NCBI GenBank assembly: GCA_902574475.1
Contig: CACGNZ010000003.1
Coordinates: forward strand, 17,798 to 81,797
Origin: an uncultured Alphaproteobacteria bacterium
GTDB taxonomy: Bacteria > Pseudomonadota > Alphaproteobacteria > HIMB59 > GCA-002718135
Length of the DNA: 64,000 bases
Reading direction: 5' to 3'
Shown here: piece by piece, positions 56,548 through 64,000 of the stretch
How positions within the stretch are numbered: the first letter of the stretch is position 1
How the letters are laid out: each line of letters begins with the position of its first letter
Program-made: the position numbers and the translations under genes
The notes under the pieces: model-generated
Database searches by the model: none
Seen by the model: the letters and a program-made list of their open reading frames with translations, nothing else
Told to the model about the DNA's origin: nothing

Positions 56548-57375
56548 ATGCATAAAAATATTTTTTTGGCTTCTTATCCTAAATCTGGAAATACTTGGTT
56601 GAGGTCTATCATTGGAAATTTTTATAATTTTGATAAAGAGTTTAGCCTTAATGATTTAAAATCAATACCTTTATTATCAATTAAAAAACATTTTACTACA
56701 TTTGATAATAAAGTTTATATAAACAATAATGAATTACATTTTGATTGGATTTCACAAAATATTATTAAATGTCAAAATTTATTAAATAATAAACCAAATC
56801 ATCTTAATATATTTAAAACTCATAGTGCTCGACATAAGAATTTTACAAATGAAACGGTAAATGCAGGATTTATATATATTGTAAGGGATCCAAGAGATAT
56901 TGTAGTTTCTTTTAAAAACTTTACTGGGAATAGTTTTGATAAAATTATTGATGAATTACTTTTTCAAAAAAAATTAATGATAAATACTAATGGAGCTAAA
57001 GAATTACTTTCAACCTGGGAACTTAATGTTCAATCTTGGTTAAATTACAACAGTGTTCCTAGATTAATTATTAGGTATGAAGATTTAAAATTAAATCCAA
57101 AAGAAATTATATTAAATATTAAGGAATTCCTAAATAAAATTCATAGATTAAATATAAACTTACATGAACAAGACATTGATAAAATAATAGAAAATACAAA
57201 CTTTAATAATCTAAAAAAATTAGAAGATAAAAATGGTTTTGATGAAGCCACAAAACATTCCAAATTTTTCAGATCAGGAAAATCTAATCAATGGAAAGAT
57301 ATATTATCTAATTCACAGGTCAAGCTTGTTGAAAAAAATCTAAAATCATTAATGAAGTATTTTAATTATATTTAG
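56548..57375 (+). CDS. PAPS-dependent sulfotransferase (Sulfotransfer_1, cytosolic-SULT-like)
   Basis: 5'-PSB loop YPKSGNTWL, catalytic KTH, 3'-PB YIVRDPRDIVVS, C-terminal FRSGKSNQWKD. Confidence 0.8.
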   Translation: MHKNIFLASYPKSGNTWLRSIIGNFYNFDKEFSLNDLKSIPLLSIKKHFTTFDNKVYINNNELHFDWISQNIIKCQNLLNNKPNHLNIFKTHSARHKNFTNETVNAGFIYIVRDPRDIVVSFKNFTGNSFDKIIDELLFQKKLMINTNGAKELLSTWELNVQSWLNYNSVPRLIIRYEDLKLNPKEIILNIKEFLNKIHRLNINLHEQDIDKIIENTNFNNLKKLEDKNGFDEATKHSKFFRSGKSNQWKDILSNSQVKLVEKNLKSLMKYFNYI

Positions 57376-57382
57376 ATGATAA

Positions 57383-57472
57383 TGGCGGAGAGAGTGAGAT
57401 TCGAACTCACGAACGAGTTGCCCCGTTGCCGGTTTTCAAGACCGGTGCTTTCAACCGCTCAGCCATCTCTCC
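57383..57472 (-). tRNA. tRNA-Ser (anticodon UGA), long variable arm, CCA encoded
   Basis: The reverse complement GGAGAGATGGCTGAGCGG…CCGGT-CTTGAAA-ACCGG…GTGAG-TTCGAAT-CTCAC-TCTCTCC-G-CCA folds as a class II tRNA. 90 nt. Confidence 0.9.
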
Positions 57473-57484
57473 TTTTAGATGCTT

Positions 57485-57511
57485 ACTATAGTTTCATCTT
57501 AAAAATGTCAA
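57485..57511 (-). promoter_or_regulatory. Candidate promoter for tRNA-Ser
   Basis: On the minus strand: TTGACA (57511-57506), 15-nt spacer, TATAGT (57490-57485), 12 nt upstream of the tRNA 5' end. Confidence 0.35.
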
Positions 57512-57564
57512 AATATTAAGTATAATCATTTCCTAATTGACGATAGTTTTGGTAATTTTAGTTC

Positions 57565-58602
57565 ATGATTATTAGACTTATAATATTCTTAGTTTTTATT
57601 TCTTTCAAATCCTATTCAGCTGATTGTGAAAAACCAAAAATGCCAACTGATGAAGAATGGAACACCTGGCTGACAAAAATAAAACAAGAAGCACTCGAAA
57701 GAGGTATAAGCCAAAATACTATTTCAAATAATTTAAATAATGTTAAGCCACAAAGTAAAATTATTATGCGTGATAGATGCCAGCCGGCATCAACAATGAC
57801 TCTAGATGAGTATTTATTTTATACTATTACAAAAGATAAAATATTTGTGGGAAAAAATTTTTTAAAAATACATGAAGATTTATTAAAGGAAATTGGAAAG
57901 TATTTTAAAATACAACCAAGATTTATAGTGGCTGTATTAGGTATGGAAAGTTATTATGGAAGAAATCAAGGAAAAATAAATTCCATAATCGCGATAACAA
58001 CTCTTGCATTTGATAGAAGAAGAAGTGACTTTTATAAAAAACAATTATTTGCTGCTCTTGAAATATTAGATAAAAATCTTGTTCCTAATGGAGAACTAAA
58101 AGGTAGTTGGGGTGGGGCGGTTGGTATGACACAAATGATCCCTACAACTTTTTTAGAAACTGCATATGATTGGGATGGCGATGGTATTGATATATGGAAT
58201 AGTTATGCAGATGCTTTTGCTAGTACTGCAAACTATTTAACTTCATTAGATAAAAATCCATGGTCTAATGATAGTACTTGGGGTAGAGAAGTGCTTCCAC
58301 CAAAAATTATTTCGTCGTCTTTTTTTGATTCTATCAAACAAATTAACCCTAAAGGTTGTGGTGCGGTAAAAAGTAGATCAATTCCAAAAACTTTATCTGA
58401 ATGGTCAAAATTAGGATTTACAAAAATTAATGGAGATCCTTTACCAACAAGGGATGATTTAGAGGCTAGATTAATTTTGCCAGATGGAATAGACGGAAGA
58501 ATGTTTATTGTTTATCCAAACTATAAAAATATTCTTTATTATAATTGTTCATCATATTATGCTGTATCAGTAGGTCTTCTAAGTGATAAAATATCTAATT
58601 AG
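57565..58602 (+). CDS. Lytic murein transglycosylase (MltB/Slt35 family)
   Basis: Signal peptide. GMESYYGRNQG (catalytic Glu context) and GAVGMTQMIPTTF. Confidence 0.85.
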   Translation: MIIRLIIFLVFISFKSYSADCEKPKMPTDEEWNTWLTKIKQEALERGISQNTISNNLNNVKPQSKIIMRDRCQPASTMTLDEYLFYTITKDKIFVGKNFLKIHEDLLKEIGKYFKIQPRFIVAVLGMESYYGRNQGKINSIIAITTLAFDRRRSDFYKKQLFAALEILDKNLVPNGELKGSWGGAVGMTQMIPTTFLETAYDWDGDGIDIWNSYADAFASTANYLTSLDKNPWSNDSTWGREVLPPKIISSSFFDSIKQINPKGCGAVKSRSIPKTLSEWSKLGFTKINGDPLPTRDDLEARLILPDGIDGRMFIVYPNYKNILYYNCSSYYAVSVGLLSDKISN

Positions 58603-59518
58603 TTTAATTTTTATTTTTTTATTAGTTTCTTGTAATGAATTAAATATTGATAATGTTACAGATGTTGTAGAAAATAGTACAAATAAAATAGAAGAAATAA
58701 TCGAAAATAAAAGAGAAGATAAAAAAAAAATAAATCAATCAAATAATAAACAGGTAAAAGATAATATATTTTATTATGTTGGTGAGCCTTATTTTATTGA
58801 AGGAGTTAGTTATACTCCAGAGGAAAATTATAATTATTCAGAAATCGGGCTTTCTTCATTCTACGGTAAAGAATTACATAATGTTAAAACTGTAAATAAT
58901 GATACAAATAAAGTTACAGAATTACTTGGAAGGCATAAAACACTTCCAATTCCTAGTATGGTCAAAGTCACTAACTTAGATAATGGCCTTTCTATTAATG
59001 TAAAAATTATAGATAGACTTGATGATAATGGAGTTATTATTCAGGTTTCGAGAAAGGTAGCTCAACTTCTAGGGTTTTATAAATCGAAAATAGCAACTGT
59101 AAAAATAGAAATACTTTCTGATGCAAGTAAACAATGGAAGAGTGTTGCAAATTCATTGAATGAGGAAAATTTTGATGAAACTATATCATCTGCACCCACA
59201 GATATAGTTTCTATTGAAGAAATTGATGAAACTCAGGAAACTAATGATAACAGCGTTAAAATTATAGAGGAACCAATTGAACTTAAATCAGAAAAAATAA
59301 CTGATTTTAAATTATATTTAAAAGTTATAGGTTTTGACAATTATGAGAATATTCAATCAGTATTAGATAATTATGATAATAATTTAAAATATACTTCTGA
59401 AAAAAATAATTCAAAATATGACGTAATTATTGGCCCTCTTGAAAATACTGAAGCAAATAATTTGGTTTCATACTTTATCTCAAAAGGTTATAAGGAAACT
59501 GAAATTCTTATTAAATAA
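58583..59518 (+). CDS. rlpA: RlpA-family septal lytic transglycosylase lipoprotein (DPBB domain + C-terminal SPOR-like domain)
   Basis: Lipobox LLVSC. GLSSFYGKELHNVKT…HKTLPIPSMVKVTNLDNGLSINVKIIDR. C-terminal YDVIIGPLENTEANNL. GTG start at 58583. Confidence 0.8.
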   Translation: MIKYLISLIFIFLLVSCNELNIDNVTDVVENSTNKIEEIIENKREDKKKINQSNNKQVKDNIFYYVGEPYFIEGVSYTPEENYNYSEIGLSSFYGKELHNVKTVNNDTNKVTELLGRHKTLPIPSMVKVTNLDNGLSINVKIIDRLDDNGVIIQVSRKVAQLLGFYKSKIATVKIEILSDASKQWKSVANSLNEENFDETISSAPTDIVSIEEIDETQETNDNSVKIIEEPIELKSEKITDFKLYLKVIGFDNYENIQSVLDNYDNNLKYTSEKNNSKYDVIIGPLENTEANNLVSYFISKGYKETEILIK

Positions 59519-59553
59519 CAAATAAAGGTCATAATTAAGAATTATTAATATTT

Positions 59554-60687
59554 ATGGTAAAAATTTTTAGCTTTCTTTTATTTTTTATAATTTCTTTTAA
59601 ACTTTACGCTATTGATACGAAGGCAGAGCAAGCGGTTGTTATTGATTTTGATACAAACGAAGTTCTTTTTGAAAAAAATTCTAATACAAAAGTTATACCT
59701 GCCTCAATGACCAAGATCATGACTATTTATGTTGCATTTGATAGAATAAAAAATACTAATTTTGCAATTTCTAATGAATGTAAAGTTTCTCCTAAAGCAT
59801 ATAAAATGGGAGGTTCTAGAACATTTTTAGAGATAGACGATAATGTAACAGTTGATGATTTATTAAAAGGTATTATTGTTCAATCTGGTAATGATGCTTC
59901 TATAGCCTTGGCAGAATGTTTAGGTGGTACGGAAGATGACTTTGCTAAACTTATGAATGTTTATGCAGAGCGCTTAGGAATGAAAAATACAAACTTTATT
60001 AATTCATCTGGGTGGCCAGATGATAATCACTATTCCACTGTTTATGATCTTGGAATTCTTTCAAACGCTCTAATTAAAGATTTCCCTCAGCTGTATTCAT
60101 ATTTCAAAATGGAAGAATTTACTTATAATGATATTAGTCAACCGAATAGAAATAAACTTTTATATCAAGTTCAAGGAGCTGATGGATTAAAAACAGGTTT
60201 TACTAAAGAATCTGGCTGGGGAATTGCTGCTACAGCATTTAGAAATGGCAGAAGAATTACAGTTGTTATAAATGGTACTAATAGCTCTAGATCAAGATTA
60301 AATGAATCTTCTAATTTAATAAATTGGGCTTTTAATCAAACTTCTCAACAAACTTTAGTTGAAAAATATCAATTTATTAAAGAAGTAGATGTATGGCAAG
60401 GTAGTGAGAGTAGTGTAAATTTAATCAGTGCACAAAAATTAGTATCAACATTATCATTTGATCAAATTCAATTAATGAATTCTTCGATTACATATACAAA
60501 ACCAATATCTGCTCCAATTAAAAAAGGTGATGAATTAGGAAAATTAATTATAAATATAGATGGAAAGCCAAAAATAGAAGTACCGCTTATAGCTGAAAAA
60601 GATGTACCTGAAATTAATCCTTTATTTAAAATTTTTGCTGCAGCAAAATACTTAATTTTTGGAAGAAGTTTAGATGAAATTAAATAA
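59554..60687 (+). CDS. dacC: D-alanyl-D-alanine carboxypeptidase (S11, PBP5/6 type)
   Basis: SMTK (SxxK), SGND (SxN), KTG triad; signal peptide. Confidence 0.9.
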   Translation: MVKIFSFLLFFIISFKLYAIDTKAEQAVVIDFDTNEVLFEKNSNTKVIPASMTKIMTIYVAFDRIKNTNFAISNECKVSPKAYKMGGSRTFLEIDDNVTVDDLLKGIIVQSGNDASIALAECLGGTEDDFAKLMNVYAERLGMKNTNFINSSGWPDDNHYSTVYDLGILSNALIKDFPQLYSYFKMEEFTYNDISQPNRNKLLYQVQGADGLKTGFTKESGWGIAATAFRNGRRITVVINGTNSSRSRLNESSNLINWAFNQTSQQTLVEKYQFIKEVDVWQGSESSVNLISAQKLVSTLSFDQIQLMNSSITYTKPISAPIKKGDELGKLIINIDGKPKIEVPLIAEKDVPEINPLFKIFAAAKYLIFGRSLDEIK

Positions 60688-61285
60688 AGGTTTATTCATT
60701 AGTTTTGAAGGACCGGAAGCAAGTGGAAAATCATCTCAAATTTTACTTTTATCAAAATATTTAAAAAAAAATAAAATTCCTTTTATTGTATCCAGAGAAC
60801 CAGGAGGAACTGATTTTGCAGAAAAATTAAGAAAATTAATTTTAGATAATAAATCCACAATTAATAATTTAGAAGAATTACTTCTTCTTATGGCAGCTAG
60901 GTCTAACCATATCAATGAAGTAATTATTCCTAATCTTAAAAAAGGTAAAATTGTCATTTCTGATCGATATGCAGATTCGTCATTTGTTTACCAAGGATAT
61001 GTAAATAAGTTTGGTATTAAAAGAGCTCAAAAACTTCATAAAGAACTTCTAAATAATTTCTTTCCTGACTATACTTTCATTTTTAAAATCAATCCAAAAG
61101 AAATAATCAAAAGATTAAAACAAAGAAAAGTTAAAAACAAATATGATAAATCTAACTTATTATTTCATCAAAAAGTAATTCAAGGATATAAAAACATAGC
61201 AAATCCAAAAAGATATATAACGATAGATGCTTCTTTATCTAAAGATATAATTCATAAAAATATTATTGAAAAATTAAAGTTGTAA
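60674..61285 (+). CDS. tmk: Thymidylate kinase
   Basis: P-loop FEGPEASGKSS and DRY motif (SDRYADSS). Confidence 0.9.
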   Translation: MKLNKGLFISFEGPEASGKSSQILLLSKYLKKNKIPFIVSREPGGTDFAEKLRKLILDNKSTINNLEELLLLMAARSNHINEVIIPNLKKGKIVISDRYADSSFVYQGYVNKFGIKRAQKLHKELLNNFFPDYTFIFKINPKEIIKRLKQRKVKNKYDKSNLLFHQKVIQGYKNIANPKRYITIDASLSKDIIHKNIIEKLKL

Positions 61286-61288
61286 TTA

Positions 61289-62272
61289 ATGATTGAATTA
61301 ATAGGTTTTGAAAAAGAGTATGGTGATCTTTTAAATAGATATAAATCAAATAATCTTCCAAATTCAATTTTAATTCATGGATTGAGTGGTATAGGTAAAA
61401 GAACTTTTATTAACAAATTAGTTAAAAATATTATAAATATAGAATTTAAATATAAAAATGTTGCTCATCATTTAAATTTATTTAAAAATAATACACATCC
61501 AAATATAAAAATAATTGAAAAAGAAATTGATAGCAAAACTGGAAAAATTAAAACTAATATAACTATTGATCAAATTAGAACATTAAAAACATTTTTAAAT
61601 TCAACATCAATAATTCAAAATTCATCCAAAATAGTTATCGTTGATTCTGCTGATTATTTAAACATTAGTTCTGCAAATAGTATGCTTAAGATCTTAGAAG
61701 AACCAAAAGAAAGTACATATATTTTTTTAATATCAAATCAGATTTCATTACTTTTACCAACAATCAGATCAAGATGTTTAAAAATTAAATTTAATACTCA
61801 TAGTTTAACTGATTTTACTCAAATTATCCAAGCTAATATCGATGAAATATCTAAAGAAGAAATAAATTTTTACTATAAATTAACGTATGGTTCACCAGGA
61901 GACACTATTCTTTATTACAATAATGATTTCTTGGATATTTTTCAATTATCTATTAAATGTCTTACATCAAATGATCTAGATGATGATAAAATAAATTTAT
62001 CAAATATACTATCAAAACTTACTAATGATGAATTTAATAATTATTTATCAATGCTTAAATTTATCCTAATATTTGTTAATAGGCTAAAAGTAAACAGAGA
62101 TGATAAAAGCTTGATTAATATGCCAAATTATCTAGAGTTAGAGTCTTTATCTGCAAATCTTACCCAAAAAAATCTTGTTGATAGATTTGATTATTTAACT
62201 AATAACCAAAAAGAATTATTTAGTTTAAATCTTGATAAGAAAATATTTATATTAAATTTTTTAACTCAATAA
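61289..62272 (+). CDS. holB: DNA polymerase III delta' subunit
   Basis: HGLSGIGKRT P-loop-like motif, SANSMLKILEEP, SRC sensor. Conserved tmk-holB-metG order. Confidence 0.8.
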   Translation: MIELIGFEKEYGDLLNRYKSNNLPNSILIHGLSGIGKRTFINKLVKNIINIEFKYKNVAHHLNLFKNNTHPNIKIIEKEIDSKTGKIKTNITIDQIRTLKTFLNSTSIIQNSSKIVIVDSADYLNISSANSMLKILEEPKESTYIFLISNQISLLLPTIRSRCLKIKFNTHSLTDFTQIIQANIDEISKEEINFYYKLTYGSPGDTILYYNNDFLDIFQLSIKCLTSNDLDDDKINLSNILSKLTNDEFNNYLSMLKFILIFVNRLKVNRDDKSLINMPNYLELESLSANLTQKNLVDRFDYLTNNQKELFSLNLDKKIFILNFLTQ

Positions 62273-62273
62273 A

Positions 62274-63791
62274 ATGAATTTTTATATAACTACACCAATT
62301 TACTACACTAATGATATTCCTCATATAGGTCATGCTTATACAAGTATAGCTTGTGATATTATTGCACGATATAATAAATTATTAGGAAACAATGTATTCT
62401 TTTTAACAGGTACAGACGAGCATGGGCAAAAAGTAGAAAAAGCAGCTATTAATTCAAACTTAAAACCTAAAGAATTTGTCGATAAACTGTCAGTTAATTT
62501 TATTAATTTAATACCTTTTTTAGGATGTGATATAGATGATTTTATAAGAACTACTGAAGAAAGACATATTAAAGCTTCACAAGAACTTTGGAAGCAATTA
62601 GAAAAAAATAATCAAATATATCTTTCAAATTATGAAGGTTGGTACTCAGTTAGAGATGAAGCATTTTATCTAGAAAATGAATTAAAAAAAAATGATGGTA
62701 AATTTGTTACCGATAATGGATCACCTGTAGAGTGGGTTAAGGAGGAGAGTTATTTTTTTAAACTTTCAGAATGGCAAGATAAGTTAATCAACTATTATGA
62801 AAAAAATCCAGAATCAATCTTACCAAAAACGAGATATAATGAAGTATTAAGTTTTATTAAAGGTGGATTAAAAGATCTATCTATTTCAAGAACAACTTTT
62901 AATTGGGGAGTGCCAGTTCCAAATAATTCTAAGCATGTTATGTATGTTTGGATTGATGCATTATGTAACTACTTAACTGCAATTGGTTATCCGGATAAAA
63001 ATAACAATAATTACAAGAAATTTTGGCCAGCAACACACATTGTAGGAAAAGATATATTAAGATTTCATGCAGTGTATTGGCCAGCTTTTTTAATGGCTGC
63101 GGGTATTGAGCCTCCGAAAAGAATATTTGCGCATGGTTGGTGGACTAATGAAGGTCAAAAAATTTCTAAATCACTTGGTAATGTAATCGATCCTTACGAT
63201 ATTATTAATGAATATGGGTTGGATCAAATTAGGTTTTTTTTATTTAGAGAGGTACCCTTTGGAAATGATGGGGATTTTTCAAAAAAAGCAATCGCAAATA
63301 GAATTAATGCTGATTTATCAAATAATTTTGGTAATTTAGTTCAAAGGATTTCATCATTTGCTGTAAAAAATAATGATTCTTTACTAAAACCAGCAGAAAA
63401 TTTAATTAATGAAGATCAGGATTTAATTAATATTCTTCAGAATAAATTTGATGAATATTGTAAATTTATGAACAATCAACAAATTGATAGAGCAATTAAG
63501 TCTGTCTTGGAATTAATATCTGCTGGTAACGCGTATGTTGACACTCAAGCACCATGGACACTGAAAAAAACAAATAAAATTAGAATGGAAGAAGTTTTAT
63601 ATATTGTTACAAATATAATTATTAAATCAGCTATTATGCTCTATCCAATAATACCAACTAGTTCTAAAAAAATTCTTAATATTTTTAACTATAATATGGA
63701 TAATAAATTTGAGAATTTCACTCAACTAATCAATCAAAATATAAAAATAAATAATCCAGAACCAATATTTCCAAGAATATTGAATGATTGA
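62274..63791 (+). CDS. metG: Methionine--tRNA ligase (short form, no C-terminal dimerisation domain)
   Basis: HIGH (PHIGHAYT) and KMSKS (KISKS) motifs; 505 aa. Confidence 0.95.
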   Translation: MNFYITTPIYYTNDIPHIGHAYTSIACDIIARYNKLLGNNVFFLTGTDEHGQKVEKAAINSNLKPKEFVDKLSVNFINLIPFLGCDIDDFIRTTEERHIKASQELWKQLEKNNQIYLSNYEGWYSVRDEAFYLENELKKNDGKFVTDNGSPVEWVKEESYFFKLSEWQDKLINYYEKNPESILPKTRYNEVLSFIKGGLKDLSISRTTFNWGVPVPNNSKHVMYVWIDALCNYLTAIGYPDKNNNNYKKFWPATHIVGKDILRFHAVYWPAFLMAAGIEPPKRIFAHGWWTNEGQKISKSLGNVIDPYDIINEYGLDQIRFFLFREVPFGNDGDFSKKAIANRINADLSNNFGNLVQRISSFAVKNNDSLLKPAENLINEDQDLINILQNKFDEYCKFMNNQQIDRAIKSVLELISAGNAYVDTQAPWTLKKTNKIRMEEVLYIVTNIIIKSAIMLYPIIPTSSKKILNIFNYNMDNKFENFTQLINQNIKINNPEPIFPRILND

Positions 63792-64000
63792 CTCACATTG
63801 TCATTTAAATTTTAAAAAATTATCAGAAAATTTTGAGAATATAATTAATAATTCCAAAAAAAATAATATTAACTCAATATTATCAATTAATACCAAACCT
63901 GAAGATTTTCAGGATCATTTAAATTTAATAAAAAATTATAATTCTATTTATCTCTCATATGGACTTCATCCAAGTGATGTTCGTTCAATGAACCAAATTG
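63784..64000 (+). CDS. tatD: TatD-family metal-dependent hydrolase, N-terminal fragment (continues beyond the window)
   Basis: MIDSHCHLNF start motif, open to the window end, in the conserved position after metG. Confidence 0.8.
   Translation, partial: MIDSHCHLNFKKLSENFENIINNSKKNNINSILSINTKPEDFQDHLNLIKNYNSIYLSYGLHPSDVRSMNQI

Noticed and set aside
56377-57382. Bona fide genomic island integrated at tRNA-Ser.
   Set aside because: There is no integrase and I could find no direct repeat of the tRNA 3' segment at the distal edge. The segment holds only one real gene. It is kept as a finding about the sulfotransferase but not called a mobile element.

Overview
This is an A+T-rich chromosomal segment (roughly 30% G+C by eye, not computed) with very high gene density. 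By my hand tally only about 1.7-1.9 kb of the 64 kb is intergenic. I call about 70 CDS and 2 tRNAs (Lys-UUU on +, Ser-UGA on -). I found no rRNA, CRISPR array, transposase, integrase or phage genes. All calls rest on motif recognition in the supplied translations; no homology search was run.

The core synteny is alphaproteobacterial: DUF815-yajC-secD-secF, uvrA<>ssb-gyrA-coaD, recG<>sdhE-like-mfd, and mltB-rlpA-dacC-tmk-holB-metG-tatD. Together with the extreme compaction (shared stop codons, 1/4/8-nt gene overlaps, divergent start codons 1-36 nt apart), this fits a streamlined SAR11/Pelagibacterales-type genome. That assignment is an inference.

Most interesting observations:
1. A 6.4-kb cluster at 26.4-32.7 kb combines a GTP cyclohydrolase II, a deaminase-less RibD-type reductase, a creatininase/ArfB-like hydrolase, an atypical T-fold (PTPS-like) protein, an MDR dehydrogenase, a glycosyltransferase and a SAM methyltransferase. 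It looks like a pathway to an uncharacterised GTP-derived, 2-amino-retaining pyrimidine/pteridine-type glycoside.
2. A 1010-aa tri-domain fusion (APH-type kinase + M23 domain + AGXT2L-type class III PLP enzyme) lies convergent with a LysE exporter.
3. A trpB2-DUF1015-serC-serA run.
4. An mcl-mtkA-mtkB (malyl-CoA lyase / malate thiokinase) module.
5. A PAPS-type sulfotransferase sits at the 3' end of tRNA-Ser.
6. A secreted FKBP fused to a Cys-less rhodanese domain.
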